Below, piece after piece: positions 44,871 through 54,991 of a stretch of 64,000 bases of DNA (position 1 is the first letter of the stretch; each line of letters opens with the position of its first letter). Under the pieces are notes generated by a model. It was not told the DNA's origin and did no database searches. It saw nothing but the letters and a program-made list of their open reading frames with translations. Both the position numbers and the translations under genes were made by a program. The stretch covers positions 1 through 64,000 of the IMG/VR virus record IMGVR_UViG_3300010885_050098; one strand, given 5' to 3'. Source of the stretch: a virus.

Positions 44871-45312
44871 GTAGTTCTCCTCTGATTGCGTTGGTGCTAA
44901 TAATACCTAATTCTAACGCGGATGCAAAAGCCGAGACTAAGGCTGAGTACCCTACCTGGCGGTACATCTCTTCAATATGTTCGCGTTCACTCTTAAGAGT
45001 TTCCTCATCAATTTGGTTAGTTTCAACATAATGATCAAATTGAAGGTTAGCTATTGATTGTGCATTTATATCCGTAATAGTTTCTAAAAATGGCATTAAA
45101 GGAAGTACGCGAGAAAGCCGAAGATCACTTGCTTCTTCTTCTAAATAATTACCCTCTTCGCTGACGGGAACCATGCCCGCGGACTCAGACAAAACGTTTG
45201 GCTCTTCAAGTCCAGCATCATAGAAATACCATCTTGCTAAAGCATTCAAAGGAATTTCTGTTATTCCATGTTCTGGGTGTGGTTTTTCTTTTTTCCAAAA
45301 TTTCCATGTCAT
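44860..45312 (-). CDS. Hypothetical protein
   Basis: ORF track; ATGA-coupled start. Confidence 0.6.
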   Translation of the reverse strand: MTWKFWKKEKPHPEHGITEIPLNALARWYFYDAGLEEPNVLSESAGMVPVSEEGNYLEEEASDLRLSRVLPLMPFLETITDINAQSIANLQFDHYVETNQIDEETLKSEREHIEEMYRQVGYSALVSAFASALELGIISTNAIRGELREH

Positions 45313-47264
45313 TTGGCCTCTCCCCATCGCTGAACGGTCTTAACGTCAGCAATCAATGGAACATCCAACATCTGAATACCTTCCATTGCTTCTTTAATGG
45401 CGTTCTCCGTCTCCTCAACTAAAGCGTCGGGGGTCAAGGTCACTAGTTCATCGTGAACTGTAAGTATTAGTTTAGCCCCTTTGGGGATTAGTGCATGGGC
45501 TCGAACCATGGCTAGTTTAATGATGTCCGCAGCCGATCCTTGGATCTTGGTATTAAACGCCTGGCGTTCCGCACCAGCCCTATCGTACTTATCTGCTGAG
45601 TTCATTTCTGGCAAATACCGACGTCTTCCCATGATAGTTGTTACATAAGGAACGGGCTTTTCTTTGTCACCAAGTTTCCTAGTAGATACAAGGACTTTAA
45701 ATTTGTAAGAGTTAATGGAGGGAAACCGCTCAGAAAATCGGTCAAGAAGATCTCTGGCCTCTTGTTTTGTGCAATCAATTGAACGAGCAATCTTGTCGGG
45801 ACCAACACCGTATGACATTGCAAGAACAAGAACCTTGCCAGCCTTACGGTCTACTCCCATTTCATTACCAACCGTTGTGTAAATATCTCCGCCGTCCATG
45901 TAGTTTTGCATCATAATTGGGTCTTTTGAAAATGAAGCAATAACTCGCGGTTCAATCTGTGAGTAATCGGCTACAACTAGTTTGTAACCTTCTGGCGCTT
46001 TGAATAAATTTCTGATGGATTTTCCGTGCGTTGTATGCGGAGCTGGGACGTTTTGTAAGTTTGGGTTACGACTTGAGAATCGGCCAGTCTCTGCACCATG
46101 CTGAATGAAATCTCCGTGTATGTGGCCGTTGATGAGTAAACTATTTTTGTGCTCACGTTTTACTTTACCTCCAGTAGTACGGGTTACCTCTCCACCTAGA
46201 TAAGGCACCACGTAAGTTGTATGTAGTTTATTTAAATCTGAATAAGTAAGCAAAGCGTCTACTAGCGGGTCGCTTCCCCTATGGGCTTCTAAAGCCTCAG
46301 CAGATACGGAATCTCCGCCTTTAGCGGTAGTTATCTTTGACTTAAGTCCTCTACCACCCTCTGATTTAGAACCGTAAAGGATCTGTTGTTTTTCTGGGTT
46401 TGAGTTAAGGTTAAATTGTTTTCCAGCAATTTTATAAATTTCAGCTTTGGCTGTTTCAATATCAGCCTTTAAAGTCTCGTCTAATTCTTCTAACGCTTCC
46501 ATGTCAATTGGTGCTCCGGACAATTTCATATCGCAAAGAACCTTTAGAACATCCATCTCAAGTTTCATAACGTTTGTTACTTTATTTTCTTCTAATTTAC
46601 CTATAAGGATTTTCCATAAAAGAAATGTGTATTTAGCGTCAAGGTAAGCGTAATTAGCAACCTCGGTAAATGAATATTTTTCCACCTCTGCCCCAACGCC
46701 CTTTTCCATCTCAAAGCCTAACTCGCGCTTTAAACACGCTGCTAAACCGCAATTATTTTTGTTTCTATTATCATAAAGAAAAGAGGCAATCATGGTGTCA
46801 AAGTAAGGGCCTACAGGATAATTGCCACCGTAATATTTAGCCACTGAAGTTAAATCAAATACCAAGTTGTGACCTATTTTTAGAATTTTGTCGTTAAACA
46901 TAAGAGGTTTAAGGGAAGTAAAAACCTCTGCTGGAAATAACTGTGTCGGTGGTTCAGCAAAAACTTTTGTTGCTTTTTTAGAATCTCGTGAGTAATCACT
47001 GGGCCTAGCTTGCAACCCTTGCTCTACGCGTTTTTCTCCTTGGCCAGTTAAAGGATAGAGCGTATCCACAAGGTCGCCATTAGGATGACCCATAGGAATG
47101 ACATCGCAACGACCGTGAGTAGAAAGACTAATCCAGAGTACTTCATTAACAGGCGTATCGCCTCTACGTTCTCCGACTGTTTCCACATCGTAAGCAAATG
47201 CATCTTGTTCAAGGTAGTAAGCAACCACTTCATCTAATTGATCTTGGGTTGTAATTATATTCAT
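45309..47264 (-). CDS. polA: Family A DNA polymerase with 3'-5' exonuclease
   Basis: YDVET, GHNLVFD, TGRFSSRNPNLQN, ADYSQIEPR, KVLVLAMSYG, TVHDEL. Confidence 0.95.
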   Translation of the reverse strand: MNIITTQDQLDEVVAYYLEQDAFAYDVETVGERRGDTPVNEVLWISLSTHGRCDVIPMGHPNGDLVDTLYPLTGQGEKRVEQGLQARPSDYSRDSKKATKVFAEPPTQLFPAEVFTSLKPLMFNDKILKIGHNLVFDLTSVAKYYGGNYPVGPYFDTMIASFLYDNRNKNNCGLAACLKRELGFEMEKGVGAEVEKYSFTEVANYAYLDAKYTFLLWKILIGKLEENKVTNVMKLEMDVLKVLCDMKLSGAPIDMEALEELDETLKADIETAKAEIYKIAGKQFNLNSNPEKQQILYGSKSEGGRGLKSKITTAKGGDSVSAEALEAHRGSDPLVDALLTYSDLNKLHTTYVVPYLGGEVTRTTGGKVKREHKNSLLINGHIHGDFIQHGAETGRFSSRNPNLQNVPAPHTTHGKSIRNLFKAPEGYKLVVADYSQIEPRVIASFSKDPIMMQNYMDGGDIYTTVGNEMGVDRKAGKVLVLAMSYGVGPDKIARSIDCTKQEARDLLDRFSERFPSINSYKFKVLVSTRKLGDKEKPVPYVTTIMGRRRYLPEMNSADKYDRAGAERQAFNTKIQGSAADIIKLAMVRAHALIPKGAKLILTVHDELVTLTPDALVEETENAIKEAMEGIQMLDVPLIADVKTVQRWGEAK

Positions 47265-47330
47265 AGTTATCCCCTAAAAGCCTAGGAAGTGCTGGGGGGA
47301 TCATCCAGCACCTCCTAGACACCTATTTAG

Positions 47331-48005
47331 TTAAAGCAGGCTCTCTGCAATTTCAAGAAGTGCTGCGTGCGAATCCTCGCGGATTTCAGAACGCTCGAAC
47401 GGTTTGAAATTAACAAGTGCTCCTTCAACTTCGGCTTCGTTAAGTGCCCAATCTTCTGCAAGATCGCGACCCTTAACTGCCATGAGGTTGTACACAGTCT
47501 GTTGCTTTTGCCCTGTGCGACTTAACGCCCAGTAATTACGAGTCAATGGACCCTGAGGTGAAAACTCACCGGCATGCAACGTCTTGTACAAACGTGGGGT
47601 GGCAATTAACATCTGACGCTGGTATGGCTTAGCGGTCAGGTTAACAATAGTGAACGCACGCTTTGTTTCAGGCTTGTCACCAAGCTTTAAGCAAAGAGGG
47701 CAGTTGTCGCCAATGCAAACATAAGAACGACGTCCTTCTGTTTTTTCCTTAAGGAAATGCTGGCGGTAGTTAGCAAATGGTCCAGTTTGATCAATGAAAC
47801 GAACTAACTGAAAAGTTTCAGAATGCTTGTACTCGGTCGGAAATTCCGCCAAGTTTGTTACTAGTTTTTCAGCGGCATCCCAACCTGATTGAACGGCTGT
47901 TGATGTGCTTGTTGTTTGAACTGGACGAGCCTCAATAGTCGATGCTTCGTCTTCTACTTGACCGTATGCTGTTGCATCGGGTGCTTCTGTTTGGTTTACG
48001 CCCAT
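47331..48005 (-). CDS. Probable single-stranded DNA-binding protein
   Basis: LVRF..PFANYRQHF...CIGDNCPLC...YWALSRTG; adjacent to polA; start at 48005. Confidence 0.65.
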   Translation of the reverse strand: MGVNQTEAPDATAYGQVEDEASTIEARPVQTTSTSTAVQSGWDAAEKLVTNLAEFPTEYKHSETFQLVRFIDQTGPFANYRQHFLKEKTEGRRSYVCIGDNCPLCLKLGDKPETKRAFTIVNLTAKPYQRQMLIATPRLYKTLHAGEFSPQGPLTRNYWALSRTGQKQQTVYNLMAVKGRDLAEDWALNEAEVEGALVNFKPFERSEIREDSHAALLEIAESLL

Positions 48006-48037
48006 GGGCGGTTTTCTCCTTTTCGCAGTTATGCAGT

Positions 48038-48490
48038 TTACGCAGTTTCCTCGGCACGGGCTTGTTCCCATGCTTCGGCTATTTCGTCAGTAATTCTACT
48101 GTACTTTACCCAGTCTATTCGCTTTGCGTGCAAAACGCCAAACTTAGTAAAGACTTTGATCGCCGAATCGATCATAGATCTACTGTACAAACGCCTTCCA
48201 GCTCGCTCTTTGCCGTTCTTATCCGTTTTAGTCGGTAAGCGGTAAGGAGATGTTGGAAGGTGTCCTTCATTCATCCATAACTTTAGTGTGATGATTGGAC
48301 GACCTAACGCCTCTGACAACGCACCTATGGTGAACAAATCTATTTCTTTTCCGTTTGGTAATAACGTACTTCGGGGATTTGAATCCCAAGTTGTAGATTT
48401 TGGTTCTACAACTTTTTCTTTACGTCGTTTTCTTTTACTACCGGGGTAATAAAGATCTCCAAACGTTTGCTCTATAAAATCTTCTGTCAT
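48038..48490 (-). CDS. MerR-like HTH DNA-binding protein
   Basis: FTIGALSEALGRPIITLKLWMNEGHLP...RRLYS. Confidence 0.75.
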   Translation of the reverse strand: MTEDFIEQTFGDLYYPGSKRKRRKEKVVEPKSTTWDSNPRSTLLPNGKEIDLFTIGALSEALGRPIITLKLWMNEGHLPTSPYRLPTKTDKNGKERAGRRLYSRSMIDSAIKVFTKFGVLHAKRIDWVKYSRITDEIAEAWEQARAEETA

Positions 48491-48876
48491 AGTAGGAACG
48501 CGTAAGTTACCTTTGTTGGGAACATTTGGTCAACTTCAGCTTCTGTTATTTGATCTTTGTAAACAGCAGCCATGATTGCATCTTCTTGCAAAACTTCTAC
48601 AACTTTAATGCACTCTTGGTAAATGCCTTTTTCTTTAAGAAGGTTAATAGCAAATTCTTCATTAAGCGCTCTAGATTCTTTACGTTGATTTGTAATCTTT
48701 ATATCGTTACCAAGTTCAAGAACAATATGACCACGTCCGTCTACTTCACCGTTTTCGGCAACAGCAGACTTAAGTCTATTTTTGATTTCGGTTTGGCGTT
48801 CCGTTAGGAACTTGATTTGCTCTTTAAGAGCTATGTATTGCTGTGCCTCATTGGTAAGGCTTTTAATGTCTGGCAT
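48487..48876 (-). CDS. Hypothetical coiled-coil protein
   Basis: ORF track. Confidence 0.6.
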   Translation of the reverse strand: MPDIKSLTNEAQQYIALKEQIKFLTERQTEIKNRLKSAVAENGEVDGRGHIVLELGNDIKITNQRKESRALNEEFAINLLKEKGIYQECIKVVEVLQEDAIMAAVYKDQITEAEVDQMFPTKVTYAFLL

Positions 48877-48946
48877 GAGATCCCTCTCTGTAGTGGTTGG
48901 AATCTATACCATACCCGAGGGGACTGACAAATCTAGGAAAACACGC

Positions 48947-49093
48947 CTAGTCGGCTTTAGAGTATTCCTCTAGTGCGTTAATAATCACGCTTGTTACGGT
49001 TACGCCCTCTTTAGCCGCTTTGTACTGAACCTTTTTCCAAAGGTCATCGGCCACACGGATCGTACGTGTAGGGGTCTTAGGTGCGTTAGGCAT
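48947..49093 (-). CDS. Ribbon-helix-helix DNA-binding protein
   Basis: Hand-translated MPNAPKTPTRTIRVADDLWKKVQYKAAKEGVTVTSVIINALEEY; leaderless -10 TAAAAT. Confidence 0.8.
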   Translation of the reverse strand: MPNAPKTPTRTIRVADDLWKKVQYKAAKEGVTVTSVIINALEEYSKAD

Positions 49094-49102
49094 CCCTCAA
49101 TT

Positions 49103-50695
49103 TTAGACTGATTTGCTGAGCAAGAACTGGTTAAGGCTAGTCAAACTGAAGTCTATTCCTCCGGCCTCATTTATACCTTCTCCATCTAAAACAGCGCTTG
49201 CAACAGCGTTTTTATGCTGCAACATCTCATGCTGTCGAACTTCTATTGAACCCTCAACTAAAAAATCTTGAATAACAATGCTGGGCCATTTTGATGATGC
49301 TCGGACTATTCGTCCATTGCGTTGTGTTGCCCCGCCAGACGACCAAGGTAAGTCATAATTGACAAGAAGATTAGCAGCTGGGAGGTCAACGCCATACCCG
49401 CCAGCATCAGAACTAACGAGGACACGGACAGATGGGTCTGTGTTAAGGGCAATTTTATTTTCTTCTTTAGTTTTGGCATCAAGTCTCCCTGTATATGTTT
49501 TAGTTCCGTACTCCGACAGTGCTTCGGCAATCATGTCAGTCATATCTACATACGTTGCAAATATAACTACTTTGTTTTCTTCGTTTTGATCTAAAAATTC
49601 TTTAACGTATTGAATTAAAGCGTTTAGTTTAGGTGACTTGTCTACTCCTTCTAGGTAACCGCCCTCTACTAATTCATTTGCATAAGAAGATCCTTCACCC
49701 GAAACCGTATTGTATTTTTTGGCACTGGTTCTTAATAGATCTGGGTGGGAGCAAAGCATCTTTAAACACCCAACTTTAGACATAATCTTTCCGCGCCATT
49801 CGTTCTCTTGAGCGCTACCACTACCACTTTGAACCCCGTAGTGAGCAAAAATGTTAAAGTTATTACCAAACAGTGCGGTTGCTTCTACTAAATCGTCTAG
49901 TAAGTCTTTTCTAATTTTGTCGTATAACTTTGCGTTTCGTCGATCGAGCGGGATGAGAAACGGTTCATTATGGATGGAATCTGGTAGGTAAGGCGCAACG
50001 TCTGAATCTTTTTGTGACTTTCGGACACTTGCTTCTTTAAGGCGCTCATTAAGAGTAGGCAAATTACGATAACGCTGAACTCCGCCCCAATTATTACGAA
50101 CAATAAATGCTGAATCAAAGATATCAAACCTTCCTAATACGGAGTCATCAACAAATTGCATAATGCTAAATAACTCTTCGGGTTTACCATTTTCAATAGG
50201 TGTTCCAGTAAGGGCAAACTTAAAAGGGGCGTTTGCCATTTTCTTTACTGCTTTAGATCGTTTTGATCTAAAAGATTTAATTGCTGTTGCTTCATCGCAA
50301 ATAATAAAACCTCTTGGTAATTTTTTTACTAAATTCCAATCGTTGACAACTTGTTCATAGTTCATAATCACGTAATCAACTTTTGACTCTTTCCAATTAA
50401 AAGCCTCTTCATACTGCTCAAGTCTTTTTTTTGGTGTTCCATCAATAACTAATGCTTTTGAAGTTCCCCCAGTAAATTTTTCAATTTGATTAGCCCATTG
50501 ATATTTAAGGCTAGATAAACAAATGACCATGCCTGGTTCTTTAATATCACCGCTGTCCATGAGTTGTTCAATTGCAGCAATTGTAAGAACGGTTTTACCC
50601 AACCCAAGGTCATAAGCAACCAGCACCTTATGCCGGTCAACCATCTTGTTTACTGCTTCGGGTTGGTAAGGAAGCAAAGTTCCTTTAAAAGTCAT
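49103..50695 (-). CDS. SNF2-family helicase
   Basis: LGLGKT, CDEAT, LTGTPIEN, SDAGGYGVDL, QRNGRIVR. Confidence 0.9.
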   Translation of the reverse strand: MTFKGTLLPYQPEAVNKMVDRHKVLVAYDLGLGKTVLTIAAIEQLMDSGDIKEPGMVICLSSLKYQWANQIEKFTGGTSKALVIDGTPKKRLEQYEEAFNWKESKVDYVIMNYEQVVNDWNLVKKLPRGFIICDEATAIKSFRSKRSKAVKKMANAPFKFALTGTPIENGKPEELFSIMQFVDDSVLGRFDIFDSAFIVRNNWGGVQRYRNLPTLNERLKEASVRKSQKDSDVAPYLPDSIHNEPFLIPLDRRNAKLYDKIRKDLLDDLVEATALFGNNFNIFAHYGVQSGSGSAQENEWRGKIMSKVGCLKMLCSHPDLLRTSAKKYNTVSGEGSSYANELVEGGYLEGVDKSPKLNALIQYVKEFLDQNEENKVVIFATYVDMTDMIAEALSEYGTKTYTGRLDAKTKEENKIALNTDPSVRVLVSSDAGGYGVDLPAANLLVNYDLPWSSGGATQRNGRIVRASSKWPSIVIQDFLVEGSIEVRQHEMLQHKNAVASAVLDGEGINEAGGIDFSLTSLNQFLLSKSV

Positions 50696-51239
50696 ACGAA
50701 CTCATCCTAGTTTGTATAAGAACTTTAAGATCATCAAGGGAACCATTATTTACAAATATTTGATTTACGGGATAACCATCCATTTCAGATTCTGAAACGT
50801 GATCATTTGTAGCATCAGTTCCTAGGCGTTTAATGCGCCAAATTTGTCCGCTAAATTCTTGAATCCATTTAGCTTCATTTTCAAAACGTACATCAGATAC
50901 AACAACTTTGTCTTGTGGTGCTACATCTGATAATGCTTGATAAATCCAAAATTTATCACCAAACACTTTGCGAGCGCCTACGCCGGTGTCTTGAAGCAAA
51001 CGTCGGACTTCTGGAAACTCAACTTTTAACCTGTCCCAACCATAGGTGTCAACCATGTCTTGTAGTCGGTAATTAATTATGTTGTTTCCGTAGCCTTTGG
51101 GAATCAACGGATCCATTTCATAAATAAGATCACGAATAGGGTCTGCAAAAGCAATACGTTTATAACCATAGTTTTCAACAAGAATGTTGGCAACAGTATC
51201 TTTGCCTGACTGTGCATAACCAGAAAGTCCAATAATCAT
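50685..51239 (-). CDS. Deoxynucleoside monophosphate kinase
   Basis: IIGLSGYAQSGKDTVA, AFADPIR, SDVRFENE, HVSE. Confidence 0.9.
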   Translation of the reverse strand: MIIGLSGYAQSGKDTVANILVENYGYKRIAFADPIRDLIYEMDPLIPKGYGNNIINYRLQDMVDTYGWDRLKVEFPEVRRLLQDTGVGARKVFGDKFWIYQALSDVAPQDKVVVSDVRFENEAKWIQEFSGQIWRIKRLGTDATNDHVSESEMDGYPVNQIFVNNGSLDDLKVLIQTRMSSYDF

Positions 51240-51423
51240 TTGCAAACCGAACAATAAAAAGGAGTACGCATATGTTCTTCGGGAATAATTATATTTTGTG
51301 AACATTTACTGCACTTGGCGTGAATTAACCCGTGTTTTTCTAAATCGTAAAGACTTAACGTTATGGAACGTGTGTAATAAATTTTAGTTGCATACCACGT
51401 ACACAAAATTAAAAATATAGTCA

Positions 51424-52353
51424 TCATGAAAGTGCCCTCTCCCCGTGCAACGCGTGTTTTGCGTGTTCTATTCCATAGACTATCTCAGCCTTGCTCATTC
51501 CGCCAATATCCTTGATTCCGGTACTGGCATAATCAAAAAACCAGCACTCAAACCACATATCCACAGATTTTTTAAGAAAATCTTGAGACGCGCTTCGCCC
51601 AGCTTCGTCATTATCCATGGCCACAATGATTCGATCCGCGCCTTTAATTACATTTAACTGCTCTTTAGACACTGCGGTGCCGTAAGTAGAAACGCCTCCC
51701 ATAACCCCTACAGAAGCCATACGAGCCACATCTAAAGGTGATTCAACTACTACCATCAAACCGCCTGTGTATTGCTGATAGCCGAACAATGAATGGCTTT
51801 TTTGAATACCTGTGGGGTAATTTCTAAAGTAACGGCCATGCGTTCCTTTTTCTTGCCACCCCATTAATTTTCCTGCCATATTACGAATAGGAAGAATCCA
51901 ACACTCTTTACGGGGGTCGTACAAGATTCCGTACAACTCGGCTGCCTCTGTTGTTATTCCACGACCAATAAGTAATTCTTTTGGTGGTGTTACATAAGCG
52001 GCAAGATTTGCTTCGGTGATATCACTTGATATCTCTTCTACTTTTGGCTTTGGATTAAGCGCTCGCTCTAAACGAATTGAAAGATCGCTAACAGTTGTTT
52101 TAACCCACTCATCAGCTTGATCCATGGGAATGCCGTTAACATATGAAACAAGGTACTGCAGTCCCCCACGGAATCCACAAGAGAAACAGTTATGCGCCCC
52201 GGTATCGGCGTTAATTGACCAAGATGGGTTGTGGTCTTCTTTACCAGTTCGATCTAAATGACCTGGGCATAACCCTTTTACCTCAGAACCGCGGGCTCCG
52301 TAAGTTTCGACACCAAGACCTTTAAGAAAATCTTCCATCTCTTCTACTGTCAT
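51424..52353 (-). CDS. dnaG: DNA primase (Zn finger plus TOPRIM)
   Basis: CPGH...CFSCG; VVESPLD; MDNDEAG; KDIG. Confidence 0.9.
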   Translation of the reverse strand: MTVEEMEDFLKGLGVETYGARGSEVKGLCPGHLDRTGKEDHNPSWSINADTGAHNCFSCGFRGGLQYLVSYVNGIPMDQADEWVKTTVSDLSIRLERALNPKPKVEEISSDITEANLAAYVTPPKELLIGRGITTEAAELYGILYDPRKECWILPIRNMAGKLMGWQEKGTHGRYFRNYPTGIQKSHSLFGYQQYTGGLMVVVESPLDVARMASVGVMGGVSTYGTAVSKEQLNVIKGADRIIVAMDNDEAGRSASQDFLKKSVDMWFECWFFDYASTGIKDIGGMSKAEIVYGIEHAKHALHGERALS

Positions 52354-53594
52354 GCATCTTCACCTGACATCTCACGGAAGGTACCTTCGTCCCATGCCCA
52401 TGTTAAGAATGTAGACCCTGGGCCTGAGTTACGGCTTGCAAGAACACTAAGGATACGAGTTTCATCAACACTGTCTTCTGGCTTCTCTAAACCAAACAAA
52501 ACGTCTGCATCTTGGAAGAATGAAGATGAGTAACCAATTGAGTTAGCGGTTAGTCGACCACCCTTGCCTTTTTTCCAATCAAGTGACTGTGTTGTAATAA
52601 TGATAGGAATTTTAAAACTTTGAGCCAAACGTTTAAAACCACGAGTTAAATTGGTTAATGCTTGTGGTGTGTTTTGCTCACCAGTTTGCTCATCTGTCAT
52701 CAAGTACATGCCGTCAATAAATAAAATGCTTGGGTGGTGTAACTGAAGTTTGGCAGTAACGCCGGACAAAGTTGATCCTGAAGATGAGTCAACAAGCCAA
52801 AACTTTTCTTTATCTTCTCTCATGCGGTTAACAACAAGTTTTTGATACCGCGCCTCTTCATCGGGACGTAAAGTTCCTGTGATTAAGCGCTGGTGCGAAA
52901 TACGAGCACGCATTGAGTCATATCGGTCTTCTTGCTCACGGTTGCTCATTTCAAATGAATAGAACATTGGTTTTACTTCAGACTGGGTGTGCACGTTAAT
53001 TGCAATCTGCATCGCAACAGTTGATTTACCTGTCTTTGGGGTTGCTGTAATAACAATTAATTGTTCGTTTTGCAATCCGTTAGTAACCTTATCAATTGTA
53101 GGAAAACCTGTTGGGTAACCAAGTAAACCGTCTGGCAATAACTTACGTTCTTGGTAACGCGCCCATCGTCGATCAAGTTCTTTGTCATTAGTAATATCAA
53201 TGTCGTTAGTTTCGCTAAAGCCAGCCTCGTCCATCTTAAGAACACCGGCTTGAAGAACTTGTAGAGCGCCTTCGTGATCTTGATCGTGGTCAATCTTTTC
53301 AATAGCGTCACGAATTATGTTAGTTGTATAAATCTTACGGCGAGCTGAGGAAAGAGAATCAATTAAGTAGTCAACGCTATCGCTTACCTGTATTACTTCA
53401 TAAGAAGGATAGTTATCTTTAACGGCCTCAAGACTTGGGCATTCGCCATAACGTGCGTAATGCTCTCGTACAAAAATCCAAATCTTTTTATCGGCTTCGT
53501 CTGAAAACCAAGACTGAGTAACGTTACGATCAAATAGGGGAGTTAAGTCGCGGTCAGTAAGGGCTTTACTAAGTAACTTCTTTTCATTGTTCAT
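52350..53594 (-). CDS. dnaB: DnaB-like replicative helicase
   Basis: TGFPTID, ATPKTGKS, SFEMS, IDGMYL, QDAD, SRN. Confidence 0.92.
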   Translation of the reverse strand: MNNEKKLLSKALTDRDLTPLFDRNVTQSWFSDEADKKIWIFVREHYARYGECPSLEAVKDNYPSYEVIQVSDSVDYLIDSLSSARRKIYTTNIIRDAIEKIDHDQDHEGALQVLQAGVLKMDEAGFSETNDIDITNDKELDRRWARYQERKLLPDGLLGYPTGFPTIDKVTNGLQNEQLIVITATPKTGKSTVAMQIAINVHTQSEVKPMFYSFEMSNREQEDRYDSMRARISHQRLITGTLRPDEEARYQKLVVNRMREDKEKFWLVDSSSGSTLSGVTAKLQLHHPSILFIDGMYLMTDEQTGEQNTPQALTNLTRGFKRLAQSFKIPIIITTQSLDWKKGKGGRLTANSIGYSSSFFQDADVLFGLEKPEDSVDETRILSVLASRNSGPGSTFLTWAWDEGTFREMSGEDA

Positions 53595-54001
53595 AGTCGC
53601 GCTAGATCCATTCCCCAGTGTCCGTATCGTAATATTCTTTCAGGCTTATCAATCACCCCGAGCAGTTCAGGTCGATATGGTAACTGACTAATCAAAAATT
53701 CCATAGATTCGTAAGCAACACAATGTCTAAATGGGTTAGTCCCGTATTTATCCATTGTTTCCATTACAACCTCTAATTCTTCCTGCTTAAGTTCAAAAGA
53801 TGCAAGTTCAAGAACATATGGGGTTTGAACTGCCCACAAAAACAGTCTGCTTAAAACTTCTTTTTTAAAAGAAACCTTTTTGCGTGTTCGTTTGATAAGT
53901 TTATACTTACGTGGCAGTTCTTCCAACTCGGTCATAATGAACACGTCAGTGGTCACTATTACCCGTTGAGGTATTGAGTTGCTTAAATCCCCGTATTGCA
54001 T
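53591..54001 (-). CDS. Hypothetical protein (degenerate HAD-like)
   Basis: ORF track; LPYRPELLGVID. Confidence 0.5.
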   Translation of the reverse strand: MQYGDLSNSIPQRVIVTTDVFIMTELEELPRKYKLIKRTRKKVSFKKEVLSRLFLWAVQTPYVLELASFELKQEELEVVMETMDKYGTNPFRHCVAYESMEFLISQLPYRPELLGVIDKPERILRYGHWGMDLARL

Positions 54002-54002
54002 T

Positions 54003-54314
54003 TTAAAATACTTCAATCTTTGCAAATTTAATTACAAATTTCCGAAATTCTTCCGTAGATTCTTTTGCTCTTTCTGCATCTTCTTCTGTAGCTCGTTTAG
54101 ATATCTCCAATGGGTAATTGCCATTATTGGAATCTATGCGTGCTTTAACAAAACGTGTGTGTTTACAAAGGGATCTACCTTTAAACCCAGAACAATTGCA
54201 ATGCAAAGTTCCGTCGGCACTTGATGTTACTTCAAATATATTTGGCCCCGGGGAAGCCGTTGGACTCAAAAAAACTTGGATTAACCTAACTTCATCCACT
54301 GCTCCGCCTTTCAT
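54003..54314 (-). CDS. SWIM zinc-finger protein
   Basis: LHCNCSGFKGRSLCKH. Confidence 0.75.
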   Translation of the reverse strand: MKGGAVDEVRLIQVFLSPTASPGPNIFEVTSSADGTLHCNCSGFKGRSLCKHTRFVKARIDSNNGNYPLEISKRATEEDAERAKESTEEFRKFVIKFAKIEVF

Positions 54315-54991
54315 TTTCTTAGGTCCCCTTCCGTAGATTGTAAATCAATGTTAAAGAACGCTTCATGGGCAAAACTACCAGTTGCTTCCCCATACCAAGT
54401 AGCCCAGTTTTCTAGGGGTATATTGGAGGTAACGATGGTTGGCAATCCATTATTAAACCTAGTCCTTAAAATGTGATGGAGCATGTTTTTATTCCAGCCA
54501 CTATTGCTGGTGTGCTCTCGACCCACATCGTCTAAAACCAATAGCTTAACATTTCTATTTTCGTCATTAGATTCGCCCATAATTCCTGCGTATAACAACT
54601 CCCGTGACTCTTCTACGTATTCGCCCATCATTTCTCCTTTAAGATCTAACAAACCTGCGTAGGTTATAAAGTAACAAGGTCGAACATCGTTTAATGAAAA
54701 TACATCAAGAGAAAAAGTTCTTAAAGCCTCTTGAATAACGGCCGCGACAAGAGTTGTTTTTCCGTGACCTGGCGCTCCATACAAAGCAAGACCTTTGCCA
54801 CAGTTACGGTTACCAATAGCGTTAATGACATCGCCTTTGCCAACCTTAGAAATCCATAATTGAATATCTTCAATATCCTCAGGAGAAATTGCTACGCAAT
54901 CTGAGAGTTCCCAACCAAGAAGATGTTTTGGAATACCAGCAGAACGTATCCAAGTGTTGCGCCGTAACTTTAACTCATCTAATTTAAACAT
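54311..54991 (-). CDS. DnaC/IstB-like helicase loader ATPase
   Basis: GAPGHGKT, LVLDDVGRE, PTIVTSN. Confidence 0.88.
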   Translation of the reverse strand: MFKLDELKLRRNTWIRSAGIPKHLLGWELSDCVAISPEDIEDIQLWISKVGKGDVINAIGNRNCGKGLALYGAPGHGKTTLVAAVIQEALRTFSLDVFSLNDVRPCYFITYAGLLDLKGEMMGEYVEESRELLYAGIMGESNDENRNVKLLVLDDVGREHTSNSGWNKNMLHHILRTRFNNGLPTIVTSNIPLENWATWYGEATGSFAHEAFFNIDLQSTEGDLRK

